A DNA stretch of 37,531 nucleotides, from positions 1 through 37,531 of the IMG/VR virus record IMGVR_UViG_3300044534_000100, one strand, 5' to 3'. The translations under genes were made by a program, and so were the position numbers. The notes under the pieces are model-generated. The model worked only from the letters and a program-made list of their open reading frames with translations. It searched no databases and had not been told where the DNA came from. This document shows positions 1 through 7,686 of this stretch, in pieces (the first letter of the stretch is position 1; each line of letters starts with the position of its first letter). Source of the stretch: a virus.

Positions 1-127
1 AACTTTCCACCGTTCTTAGCGGTGTCATAAATCTTTTGAGCAGCGAACTTGTCACGATGAGGAACAGTAATTAACCGTTGATGTTCACGAACAACGTTAG
101 CCACTTGGTAGGCACCATTTTCGCTCA
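1..127. repeat. Exact 127-bp copy of 37405..37531, a terminal overlap showing a circular or circularly permuted assembly
   Basis: Base-by-base comparison of both ends shows they are identical. The reading frame of the capsid gene continues seamlessly across the junction. Confidence 0.95.
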
Positions 128-404
128 TATCAAGTTGATCAAGGTCATAACCAATCCAATCTTCTTGGGTGAGGTCAAACGTTTCCTTTTCAACGTTTAC
201 ATTATGACGAACATTATCACCATTCCGGTTATACTTTTCAGCTTCAACAAATCCTGAAAGCTTGTTTACTCGTACGGTGTGAACTCCGGTAAAATCAGCA
301 GCGGTGATTGACTTGGCGCCACCAGTTAATGGTTGCCAAATTTGGGAATCAGCAGCATATTCTTCATCAATTGTATTTAAGTCTTTTTGATCTAGTGCAA
401 TCAT
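1..404 (-). CDS. Major capsid protein, 5' part; the gene continues across the circular junction into 36942..37404 (288 aa in total)
   Basis: ATG at 404 is preceded by an AAGGAA-type RBS. My translation [26 protein letters not shown]... runs to position 1 without a stop and is in frame with ORF 36942..37508. The gene follows the scaffold gene. Confidence 0.8.
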   Translation of the reverse strand, partial: MIALDQKDLNTIDEEYAADSQIWQPLTGGAKSITAADFTGVHTVRVNKLSGFVEAEKYNRNGDNVRHNVNVEKETFDLTQEDWIGYDLDQLDMSENGAYQVANVVREHQRLITVPHRDKFAAQKIYDTAKNGGK

Positions 405-422
405 TTATTTTTCCTTCTTTCT

Positions 423-995
423 TTAATCCTTAGCTTCTTGCATTCGTTGAGCGATATTATTCACGATGTCATCACTGCCAGAATTGTCATCGTTACCGTT
501 ATTAAACTTACCGCCTAATGAAATATTCGGCTTAGGCTGTTCAGCGTCAAAAAGATAACTATTATCTTTCTTAACGGCATCAATTTGTTCTGATAAGCCG
601 GTCAATGAGCCATCTTTATTCACGCTCACTTTGTCAGTGTCGATTAATGGAAGCACGGTCTTAATGTTCTTCGCTTTGGCATCACGCAACGCACCTTCAA
701 TTTTGAAGCTCTTAATTTGGCTTGCTAGTTGGTCTTGGTACTTTTGCGTTGCCGTTTTGTTGTCCTCTTGTAACTGCTTAATCTGGTCCTTTAATGCATC
801 GTTATCCTTAACGGACTTCTTCAAGTCGTTTAACTGATTGTCACGGTCGGTAATTTGCGATTGCAGGCCATCACGCTCATTAGTTAAACTTGTAATCTTT
901 TCATTCAATGCATTAATATCTTTCCCATTTTGGCTCATTACAAAATCAATCTGAGTATCATTAAGTCCTTGTTCCTTTAAATCGTCACGCTTCAT
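423..995 (-). CDS. Capsid scaffolding protein (GP20-like coiled coil)
   Basis: N-terminus MKRDDLKEQGLNDTQIDFVMSQNGKDI and a long charged coiled coil. The gene lies immediately upstream of the capsid gene. Confidence 0.75.
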   Translation of the reverse strand: MKRDDLKEQGLNDTQIDFVMSQNGKDINALNEKITSLTNERDGLQSQITDRDNQLNDLKKSVKDNDALKDQIKQLQEDNKTATQKYQDQLASQIKSFKIEGALRDAKAKNIKTVLPLIDTDKVSVNKDGSLTGLSEQIDAVKKDNSYLFDAEQPKPNISLGGKFNNGNDDNSGSDDIVNNIAQRMQEAKD

Positions 996-1093
996 TGCGA
1001 TCTCTCCTTTACGTTAGTTGTTTACGGAGTTACGAACTCCGAGAATTGATTGCATAACAAAAGAGCAGTTTTACGACTTACTCGGGTCGAATA

Positions 1094-2245
1094 TTAATTA
1101 ACAATTTTTTCTCTATCGTAATCACGGGTAAGAATTGGCGTTTTATGATCTTCGTTTGTCTGCTTAATAAACTCTCGCATATTCGCCTGTCGTGCCCGTA
1201 TCAGCGTTTTACACTTGGTTACTTGTTCTTCATCGCCTAGTTCTTTAGCAGCTACTAGACGGTGCTTGGCGTCCCTGATAGCCCGTTCACGTGCTCGTTG
1301 TTTCTGAACTATCTTCCCATTCTTAACCGCCTGTTTAGGGTCATATTGAGGTTGATGGTTTACGTTAACACCCGGAACAAATGGAAAAAGTCGATGATGG
1401 CAATTAATGCCCATCGTTCCTGCTGGTGTTCCATAGCCGTGATTATAGATACTATCGTACTTATCGTTATAATCAGGGCTTTCAGGTGGAACGATATTAA
1501 CAACGTGACCTTGAATCCAAGCACAAGCCGATCGACTGTTAGGGTGGCTACTCATCAACGCTAAGTGCATATCAAAGTCCTTCATTCTGCTAAGTCGCAA
1601 GTCGTTGTAAGTCCGATTAACTGTCGTATTGATTACCATTCGAGAATAACCCTCAATGCTCCAGTTATGACCAGCTTTATCAACAAGTCTAGTAGGCAAG
1701 CCACGATCAACTGCACGATAGACCGCACTTTCGACAGCTTTTTGGTGAGTCATTAGACCAGATACTGTTGCCAATGTTGATTCAGTAAGTATCTGCCGAT
1801 ATACCCTTGTTGTTGCCGTAGCTCCATAATTACGGCTGATTAATGATTCATTAATGTTATTGTTCAAATCAGACCAAGTTTGGCTCACAACAGCTGTGAG
1901 AGCGTTCTGGGTGTCACTAGATACCGGCTCTTTTCGCCCTGTTACCTCTTGCAGCTCGCCATCAACTTCATTGATTACTTGAATACCATGAAACTTAATC
2001 AAGTCCTTAATCGCATCTTCACTCAAGTCGTCAGCGTGTGCCATTAGCTTCATAGTCTGTTGATTGAGTTTCCCCATTTGTGCTAATTGCTTAGCTTGCC
2101 AAGTAACGACATCATCTTTACTAACGTGTTTGTAATCTCCAGCCTTTAACGTGTCAATAATCGTGTTAAATATCTGTGATTGCAATTGTTCATAGAGGTC
2201 AATAATTCTATTACCGGCTTTTTGGAAATCATCACGTGCTGTCAC
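1094..2245 (-). CDS. Head morphogenesis / minor capsid protein (Mu F / SPP1 gp7-like)
   Basis: Follows the portal gene. Contains the conserved-looking C-terminal block GTMGINCHHRLFPFVPG. Confidence 0.65.
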   Translation of the reverse strand: MTARDDFQKAGNRIIDLYEQLQSQIFNTIIDTLKAGDYKHVSKDDVVTWQAKQLAQMGKLNQQTMKLMAHADDLSEDAIKDLIKFHGIQVINEVDGELQEVTGRKEPVSSDTQNALTAVVSQTWSDLNNNINESLISRNYGATATTRVYRQILTESTLATVSGLMTHQKAVESAVYRAVDRGLPTRLVDKAGHNWSIEGYSRMVINTTVNRTYNDLRLSRMKDFDMHLALMSSHPNSRSACAWIQGHVVNIVPPESPDYNDKYDSIYNHGYGTPAGTMGINCHHRLFPFVPGVNVNHQPQYDPKQAVKNGKIVQKQRARERAIRDAKHRLVAAKELGDEEQVTKCKTLIRARQANMREFIKQTNEDHKTPILTRDYDREKIVN

Positions 2246-2247
2246 GA

Positions 2248-3810
2248 TTAATCAGCTCCTACATCATTGTCACCATCAGGACTCTCGCTTTCCTCAAAGC
2301 TGTTAGACGTGTACTCCGGTTGCTCCTTTTGAACTTGTTGAAGCCATTGTTGAGCATCCTCTTCGCTTAGTCCCTCGTTACGAATCAAGAACTGCAATTT
2401 AGGCATAACACCAGCAGCAACAAGCGCTAAGTCGTTAGTTTGTTGCTTATCCTTATCAACAAAAACGCCATCGTTAAAGTGAACACTTAATCCTAATTCA
2501 TCGTCAGCATTAAAATTGCATCTTGCTTGACCATCGCTGAAGAACTCTGGTGTACTAGCAACTTCTAAAATAGCTGTAACTAATTGATTAAGAAACAGTT
2601 CAACTTGTGTCAGATAGCTTGAACGGGTTTGATAAGTGGTTGAGTTCTCGCTAACGATTTCAGTAGCAGTTTTGACTGACTGACCATCAAACGAGAATGT
2701 ACCGGCACTAAGTCCGGTCTGTTCTTCAAACTCACGTAAAAAGTAATCGATAGCGTCCTTATATTGCTGAGTTCGAATATCACTAGTTAAGTCGGTAATA
2801 TTCATATTGTCAGCATCCCCATAGAACTGTTCGTACACATCCATGTCAGGGTCAAACATGAGTGGATGTGTTTCATCATCATTAGTAGTATTGCCGAAAT
2901 TATTACCCGGTCTTAGCATTTCAGCAGGAACCGCAATGCGGCGTTTCCCCATTTTGATTTCATGTACAAACTCATCGTGGGTAGTGTTAATCGCATTAAT
3001 AATATTCTTTGAATTATCAACAATTCCCATACCAAGCGGACTATCTAGGTCTTTGTTATTTGCTCCCGGTGTACGGAAGTAAGCAAACAAGGGCTTTTTA
3101 ATAATCCCGTTATTAAAGGTGATAGTTGGCTGCATCTTTGGATAGAGAGTGCTAAGCGGTACAGATTGACCGACAACATCTCGTTCAGTTGAGCGATATA
3201 ATTCGTTAGTAATTTGATAGGTATTAGTGTCTAGCCACTGATGAAACTCTAATAAGGTGTAATAAACTAATTGCTTGTTTTCGGTTCGAGCTGAACGACT
3301 AGCAAAAACACATTCACTGATATTATCAGTGTTGCTATGTAGCGGGTAAAACTGATCAGCATTAGCCCAGGCAATACGAATATTATCTTGGTCATCAACA
3401 TAAGGACGTGCGGCTAATCCACCTAGCGCAACACCCGTTTCCAAATGTTGCTCAAATTGCAAATTGAAATGGTTATCATCAATAATCTGACTAAGCAGTT
3501 CATCGTTATCATGATCCTTTAACGATATTTCGCATTGTTCATTAAAGATGATTGAAGCCAGTCGTTTAGCTGATAACTTAGTAATGTTTAGCGTATTCAT
3601 TTTGCGGTGTCGCTTATGCCCGTAGCTGTTTCGATACCAGACAACAGGTAAATCGTCACGATAATACTTTTTGGCTTCTTGAATACGAATGTACTCTGAT
3701 TCAGCAATTGCTACCCGTTCATCATCAGTGATTTTAGTTAAACTTTTTGTCATACCTAACTTAGCGCCTCCCTTCCATATAAGATTCTTCAGTGTTGTTA
3801 GAAAGCTCAT
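2248..3810 (-). CDS. Portal protein
   Basis: About 520 aa, lying downstream of the terminase. The start is refined to the ATG at 3810, which is preceded by AGGAGGTG. Confidence 0.8.
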   Translation of the reverse strand: MSFLTTLKNLIWKGGAKLGMTKSLTKITDDERVAIAESEYIRIQEAKKYYRDDLPVVWYRNSYGHKRHRKMNTLNITKLSAKRLASIIFNEQCEISLKDHDNDELLSQIIDDNHFNLQFEQHLETGVALGGLAARPYVDDQDNIRIAWANADQFYPLHSNTDNISECVFASRSARTENKQLVYYTLLEFHQWLDTNTYQITNELYRSTERDVVGQSVPLSTLYPKMQPTITFNNGIIKKPLFAYFRTPGANNKDLDSPLGMGIVDNSKNIINAINTTHDEFVHEIKMGKRRIAVPAEMLRPGNNFGNTTNDDETHPLMFDPDMDVYEQFYGDADNMNITDLTSDIRTQQYKDAIDYFLREFEEQTGLSAGTFSFDGQSVKTATEIVSENSTTYQTRSSYLTQVELFLNQLVTAILEVASTPEFFSDGQARCNFNADDELGLSVHFNDGVFVDKDKQQTNDLALVAAGVMPKLQFLIRNEGLSEEDAQQWLQQVQKEQPEYTSNSFEESESPDGDNDVGAD

Positions 3811-3835
3811 CGTGTCACCTCCTAAAACTAAGGCA

Positions 3836-3862
3836 TAAAAAAAGACCATAAAATATATGGTC
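3836..3862 (-). terminator. Intrinsic terminator between the HNH gene and the portal gene
   Basis: 8-bp stem AGACCATA/TATGGTCT with a 4-nt loop, followed on the minus strand by a U-run (A-run 3837-3842 on plus). Confidence 0.6.
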
Positions 3863-3887
3863 TAATTTTCTTTAATTATTTTTTCAA

Positions 3888-4514
3888 TTAGTAGATTGCG
3901 GGCTTGGTGTGCTTCATGCTCTGTATCATAAACACTAGTATGATACTTCTTACCCATAAAGCTGGCTTGCCACAAATAATACATTTTCTTGTTTCATTAT
4001 CTTTTTTCGTTTTTCTTCGATATGTGGACTGGCAATTAGGAGAACAAAACTTTGTCCTATTAAACGCTGAGCGAAACACTTTGCCACACACCACGCAACG
4101 CTTTATATACTTTTTCTTAAAATGTAATCCTTTATGGATTTTCGAGCTAGCAATTCTTCCTTGCTTTGATTTATGCCATTCTGCTGCCGCAGCTCTTGCT
4201 TTATCATTCAAATTCCTATTCCAAATCGGCAACATTCTTTCATAATCATGTTCTTTATGATATGCCAGATGTTCTTTTCTGGTTAAGCATTCTAAGTTTT
4301 CAATTTCATTGTTATCTTTATTTTCATCTATATGATTGATTTCCATTCCAGACGGAATAGGCCCATTATGCTTTTGCCAAACATAAACATGCAATCGAAT
4401 GCGAGTAGTGCCTATCTTCTTTGTTGAAAGATAATAACCCGTTTTAGGATCTTTTCTGAATTTGTAGCCATCGATAAATCCGTATCCATCTTTATAATGA
4501 ACTTCGCCCATCAT
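3888..4514 (-). CDS. HNH homing-type endonuclease with C-terminal CxxC...CxxC zinc ribbons
   Basis: Motif EINHIDENKDNNEIENLECLTRKEHLAYH, plus CVVCGK..CSPNC..CIICGK. The insert is AT-rich and lies between terL and the portal gene. Confidence 0.75.
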   Translation of the reverse strand: MMGEVHYKDGYGFIDGYKFRKDPKTGYYLSTKKIGTTRIRLHVYVWQKHNGPIPSGMEINHIDENKDNNEIENLECLTRKEHLAYHKEHDYERMLPIWNRNLNDKARAAAAEWHKSKQGRIASSKIHKGLHFKKKYIKRCVVCGKVFRSAFNRTKFCSPNCQSTYRRKTKKDNETRKCIICGKPALWVRSIILVFMIQSMKHTKPAIY

Positions 4515-4530
4515 TATTCACCTCACATAT

Positions 4531-4539
4531 ATTGTAACA
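4531..4539 (-). promoter_or_regulatory. Possible extended -10 (TGTTACAAT) in front of the HNH gene
   Basis: The sequence is read on the minus strand. The leader would be very short because the SD GAGGTGA follows directly. Confidence 0.3.
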
Positions 4540-4564
4540 TAAATAATAGGTGTGTTCCTTGATA

Positions 4565-5875
4565 TTACCACTTCAATCCAAAATCTCTTTCATTATCGAC
4601 ACATAGGTACATAAACCCATCACAAGTATGGTCATCTTCCTTGATAACTTTAGGATCATCGCTCTGCAATGTTTTCTCATCCCACTGGTATTTCTCATGT
4701 TCCTTGATAAAGATCTCGTTCTCAGGGCGTTTCAGGTAGAAAAAGCGACCTTGTGCAAGTAAGTCCTGCACCCGGTCGATCATATCTACTTTCTTTAATT
4801 TCCTAACCTTATGCCAACGAATACCAAAGTCATTGTAAAACTGGTTATCCAATGCCCCTTCAGCAGAGTCCATAGTTAGCCGTGTGGGCTGTTTTCCGAT
4901 CCAGTTAGTGACTTTATCGATAAACTCTTTTAGATCCCTGGAAAGCTCACTCGGTGGCTTCTTGTGGGTCTTACCTTGTGGACTGTAGTAATAAGTATCT
5001 AGCAAGATTAAATTACCTTTCTTGGTCAATCCATAAGCACCACAAGTGGTTGCAGAAACTTCATGTCCCGTATCAACAGAATAATAAACATTAGTGATGT
5101 AATCATCTGTGGGTAATTTATCAATAGCTTGGAAGTTATCCATGTTATAGATATTAGTTCCAAGCCCGATAACTTCCCCAAGATACATCCAACGGTAATA
5201 GTCATAATTATTTTGCTTAACGGTATTGATTTCATCAATATAATCTTGTGACAAGATATTGGGAAGTGTGACGTCCTTATATGTAGAATGATCGACAAGC
5301 CAATTAGGCATCCCTTCTCGTTGTGTAGCCCATTCGTTAATCCATTCATAAGGATTTTTAGGCGGGTTGTAGCTATAATATGTAACAACGTGAGCGCCAG
5401 GTGGTAGCTGTTTACGAGTAAACGAGGCTCGTACCATATCAACCTCTTGCCAAGAATCAAACTCAGCTAATTCTTCAAACCAAAGATAACGTACATATCC
5501 ATGCGCTATAATCATTGATTTTAACTTTTGCGGGTCATCAACTCCGCTAAAATAGAAAGCCGTTCCGTTGCGTTTATCAACAATTCGATACGGTGATTTT
5601 TTGAACTCAAAAAGGCTATCTACATGCAACATGTAAATGGCCCATTTAATCTGTTCATAAACTGACAACTCAATCGTATTGGCGACCTTACGCATAATTA
5701 AAACGTTAGCCTGTGAATCCTGTAAAAAATCCATCACTAATTGAATACTAATTACAGAAGACTTAGTAGATCCACGCCCACCTTTTAGAACCTTATTTAA
5801 GCAATGAGAAAACAGTATTCGATCAAAATGAGGGCATATCATGTTGTCAGCATTAATTGTTATTTGCTTCTTCAT
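4565..5875 (-). CDS. terL: Terminase large subunit
   Basis: Walker A motif GGRGSTKS, a length of 436 aa, and a position between terS and the portal gene. Confidence 0.85.
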   Translation of the reverse strand: MKKQITINADNMICPHFDRILFSHCLNKVLKGGRGSTKSSVISIQLVMDFLQDSQANVLIMRKVANTIELSVYEQIKWAIYMLHVDSLFEFKKSPYRIVDKRNGTAFYFSGVDDPQKLKSMIIAHGYVRYLWFEELAEFDSWQEVDMVRASFTRKQLPPGAHVVTYYSYNPPKNPYEWINEWATQREGMPNWLVDHSTYKDVTLPNILSQDYIDEINTVKQNNYDYYRWMYLGEVIGLGTNIYNMDNFQAIDKLPTDDYITNVYYSVDTGHEVSATTCGAYGLTKKGNLILLDTYYYSPQGKTHKKPPSELSRDLKEFIDKVTNWIGKQPTRLTMDSAEGALDNQFYNDFGIRWHKVRKLKKVDMIDRVQDLLAQGRFFYLKRPENEIFIKEHEKYQWDEKTLQSDDPKVIKEDDHTCDGFMYLCVDNERDFGLKW

Positions 5876-6347
5876 TTTCTATGCTCCTATCATTTCTAAC
5901 TATATTGATTGTTAAGTCATCCGTTACATCATTACTCAATTGTTCAGCCTTACGTTCTGCAATATCTGCCTCAGCGTTAGCCTTGCGAATCTTGGCTTTG
6001 TCTAACTCTGGTGTGCTATTATCTGACAACATACCAGAAAGCTTCAAAATTGAGTTGGCAGCTTGAAGCTGAACCATTTCAGACTTAGCGCTTAGTAGGC
6101 TATTAAGTTTTCGGATTGCATTGCTTTCATAATCCTTTTTTATTACAACATGTTTATATGCATCCTGTCCCTTTTTAAATTTTGGGTCATTCTTCCATTT
6201 AGCAAGTGTACGTCTTGTTCGATTCACATTTTCAGCTATCTGTTCATCGTTTAACTCATCTTCAAACAGCATAACAATAGCGTCGCGACGTGGCTTATCC
6301 AATGAATAAAAATCGTCATATTGTGAATTTTTGTGAACTTCTGTCAT
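5853..6347 (-). CDS. terS: Terminase small subunit
   Basis: 164 aa with an N-terminal HTH-like region. Its end overlaps the terL start by 23 nt. Confidence 0.65.
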   Translation of the reverse strand: MTEVHKNSQYDDFYSLDKPRRDAIVMLFEDELNDEQIAENVNRTRRTLAKWKNDPKFKKGQDAYKHVVIKKDYESNAIRKLNSLLSAKSEMVQLQAANSILKLSGMLSDNSTPELDKAKIRKANAEADIAERKAEQLSNDVTDDLTINIVRNDRSIENEEANNN

Positions 6348-6369
6348 GGCATATCACCACACCACCTTT

Positions 6370-6666
6370 CTAAATTTCCAAATGGTTTGAATGCAGTACT
6401 GAATAGAGCATATTGCCAAGTGGGTTTACAAGTTTCTCATCATTGTAGCCGTCAACTGCTCCGGTTTCCCAAAGCATGGCATGAACAAGCTCATGAATAA
6501 GTGTCTGCTTAATATGTTGCTCGCTCAGCTTATCGTCAATGTAGATAGCTGATTTTGCATAGTCCGTATATCCCCATACATGCTGGTGACTATCTGGTTC
6601 AATTAGATTTTTCTTTAGATAAACAGAATACTTTACTCCACCGATGTTGATTTTATTAATAGTCAT
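6370..6666 (-). CDS. Small HEXXH (Zn-metallopeptidase motif) protein, ImmA/IrrE-like core
   Basis: Contains LIHELVHAML. The start is refined to the ATG at 6666, which follows GTGAGG. Confidence 0.55.
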   Translation of the reverse strand: MTINKINIGGVKYSVYLKKNLIEPDSHQHVWGYTDYAKSAIYIDDKLSEQHIKQTLIHELVHAMLWETGAVDGYNDEKLVNPLGNMLYSVLHSNHLEI

Positions 6667-6707
6667 TATGAAAAGCCTCACTTATAATTTAATTAGGAGG
6701 TGATATT

Positions 6708-6830
6708 ATGGGTGAAAATCGACATTTTCCAGCTAATCCACACAAAAGTGGCCCTAAGACTGTAACTGTTCGTCCATCTAAGAAACAGCCAGGCTACAAG
6801 CGGACTCAGCCTCGCCATTTTGGAAAGTAA
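6708..6830 (+). CDS. 40-aa highly basic peptide on the opposite strand (MGENRHFPANPHKSGPKTVTVRPSKKQPGYKRTQPRHFGK)
   Basis: AGGAGGTG lies 6 nt upstream of the ATG. A perfect TATAAT sits at 6683..6688, and an intrinsic terminator follows directly downstream. Confidence 0.45.
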   Translation: MGENRHFPANPHKSGPKTVTVRPSKKQPGYKRTQPRHFGK

Positions 6831-6836
6831 ATCACT

Positions 6837-6867
6837 AGCGCCAGAGCAATTAGCTCTGACGCTTTTT
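6837..6867 (+). terminator. Intrinsic terminator for the plus-strand small ORF
   Basis: Stem 6837-6847 / 6853-6863 (10 bp, 1 mismatch), followed by TTTTT. Confidence 0.6.
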
Positions 6868-6870
6868 GTA

Positions 6871-6896
6871 AAATAAAAGACGGTATCGCTACCGCC
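6871..6896 (-). terminator. Intrinsic terminator after ORF 6897..7070
   Basis: Read on the minus strand: GGCGGTA-GCGA-TACCGTC followed by TTTTATTTT. Confidence 0.6.
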
Positions 6897-7070
6897 TTAA
6901 TCATTATTCAGCTTCTCATCAATCATCTTGCGTAGCTCTTTGAGATCATCTTCCGTTGCAATATCTCGAATGAACTTGCGAGCATAGGAGCGATAACGGT
7001 AAACCCGTTGCTTGTCCTTGTTCTTGTCGTTCCATTTCTTGTTGGCCCGCTGCCTTGCATCGCTAACCAT
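6897..7070 (-). CDS. Small basic protein (57 aa), function unknown
   Basis: ATG at 7070 is preceded by GGAAAGG. Sequence: MVSDARQRANKKWNDKNKDKQRVYRYRSYARKFI... Confidence 0.5.
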   Translation of the reverse strand: MVSDARQRANKKWNDKNKDKQRVYRYRSYARKFIRDIATEDDLKELRKMIDEKLNND

Positions 7071-7095
7071 TGTATTCGACCTTTCCACATTAGTA

Positions 7096-7104
7096 TGGTA
7101 TACT
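7096..7104 (+). promoter_or_regulatory. Extended -10 promoter (TGGTATACT) for a plus-strand small RNA
   Basis: Matches TGnTATACT. No good -35 is present. Confidence 0.4.
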
Positions 7105-7110
7105 GAATAT

Positions 7111-7201
7111 GCAAAAGGACAAGAGCTCCTAACCTCTTGTCCCCTTGCGATCCGGAAAGTTTGTAATGCCAGCTAGTCGCTATTTGCGATTAGCTTTTTT
7201 T
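7111..7201 (+). ncRNA. Candidate ~90-nt antisense sRNA (possible type I antitoxin)
   Basis: Has an extended -10 upstream. Stem-loop 1 is 7117-7125/7134-7142 (9 bp). Stem-loop 2 is 7172-7180/7186-7194 (9 bp) followed by T7. It overlaps the 3' end of the convergent peptide ORF. Confidence 0.4.
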
Positions 7202-7302
7202 ATTATCGCGTATGCAATTGCGAAGTTGACACTTGCAACTGATACGGCCACGAGAGCACTGACGATAACGGCATCCTCACGTTTCCGAATATACTCTTTC
7301 AT
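7180..7302 (-). CDS. 40-aa hydrophobic peptide, type-I-toxin-like (MKEYIRKREDAVIVSALVAVSVASVNFAIAYAIIKKANRK)
   Basis: Has a charged N-terminus, a 24-aa TM segment and a basic tail. It has its own TTGCAA-17-TACAAT promoter and a structured ~80-nt leader. The SD is weak. Confidence 0.4.
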   Translation of the reverse strand: MKEYIRKREDAVIVSALVAVSVASVNFAIAYAIIKKANRK

Positions 7303-7388
7303 CCATTGAACTCGCCCCCATCCGGATAGAAAGGCTTGCCGCCGGATCGCTGTAGTCTTTCAGGCGTCCCTTACTTGACTACACTTAT

Positions 7389-7417
7389 ATTGTACATTAT
7401 TAATGTGTATATTGCAA
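7389..7417 (-). promoter_or_regulatory. Sigma-A type promoter TTGCAA-17 nt-TACAAT
   Basis: -35 at 7412..7417 and -10 at 7389..7394 on the minus strand, with an exact 17-nt spacer. Confidence 0.55.
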
Positions 7418-7599
7418 TAGAAAATGCTATTTATTTTTGCTTAAACTAAAGGTCGGCACGCTCTGCGAGTATGTCGGTTTTTCTTTTGTTTGCTAAGTTT
7501 TATTCTTGTGTGTTCCGCATGGTTCAGCATATATAGTTCAGCCCCGCTGTTAACGAAACCCCACTTATTGGTTGATCTCATACACGTTCCTACTCTCTA

Positions 7600-7610
7600 C
7601 AGCTATCTAA
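7600..7610. repeat. CAGCTATCTAA motif, copy 1 (flanked by CTCTCT)
   Basis: Identical 11-mer at 7676..7686, 76 bp away. Both copies have a CTCTC-containing 5' flank. Confidence 0.6.
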
Positions 7611-7675
7611 TTGCGGTCCAACTTGTCCCCTTAAAACAGTGGGCCAACTCGGCCCCTGCTCTCTCAAGCTATATT

Positions 7676-7686
7676 CAGCTATCTAA
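7676..7686. repeat. CAGCTATCTAA motif, copy 2
   Basis: Identical to 7600..7610. It abuts the terminator at 7685..7708. Confidence 0.6.

Noticed and set aside
1-127. The 127-bp terminal direct repeat as a biological DTR or cos end
   Set aside because: The junction lies in the middle of the major capsid coding sequence and restores its frame exactly. It is therefore an assembly overlap of a circular map.
5026-5460. 144-aa minus-strand ORF nested in terL in another frame. Similar cases are 35961..36329, 33651..33971, 6923..7114 and 9486..9731.
   Set aside because: These are alternative frames of better-supported genes. They lack an RBS and have an implausible Cys/Leu/Ile-rich composition.
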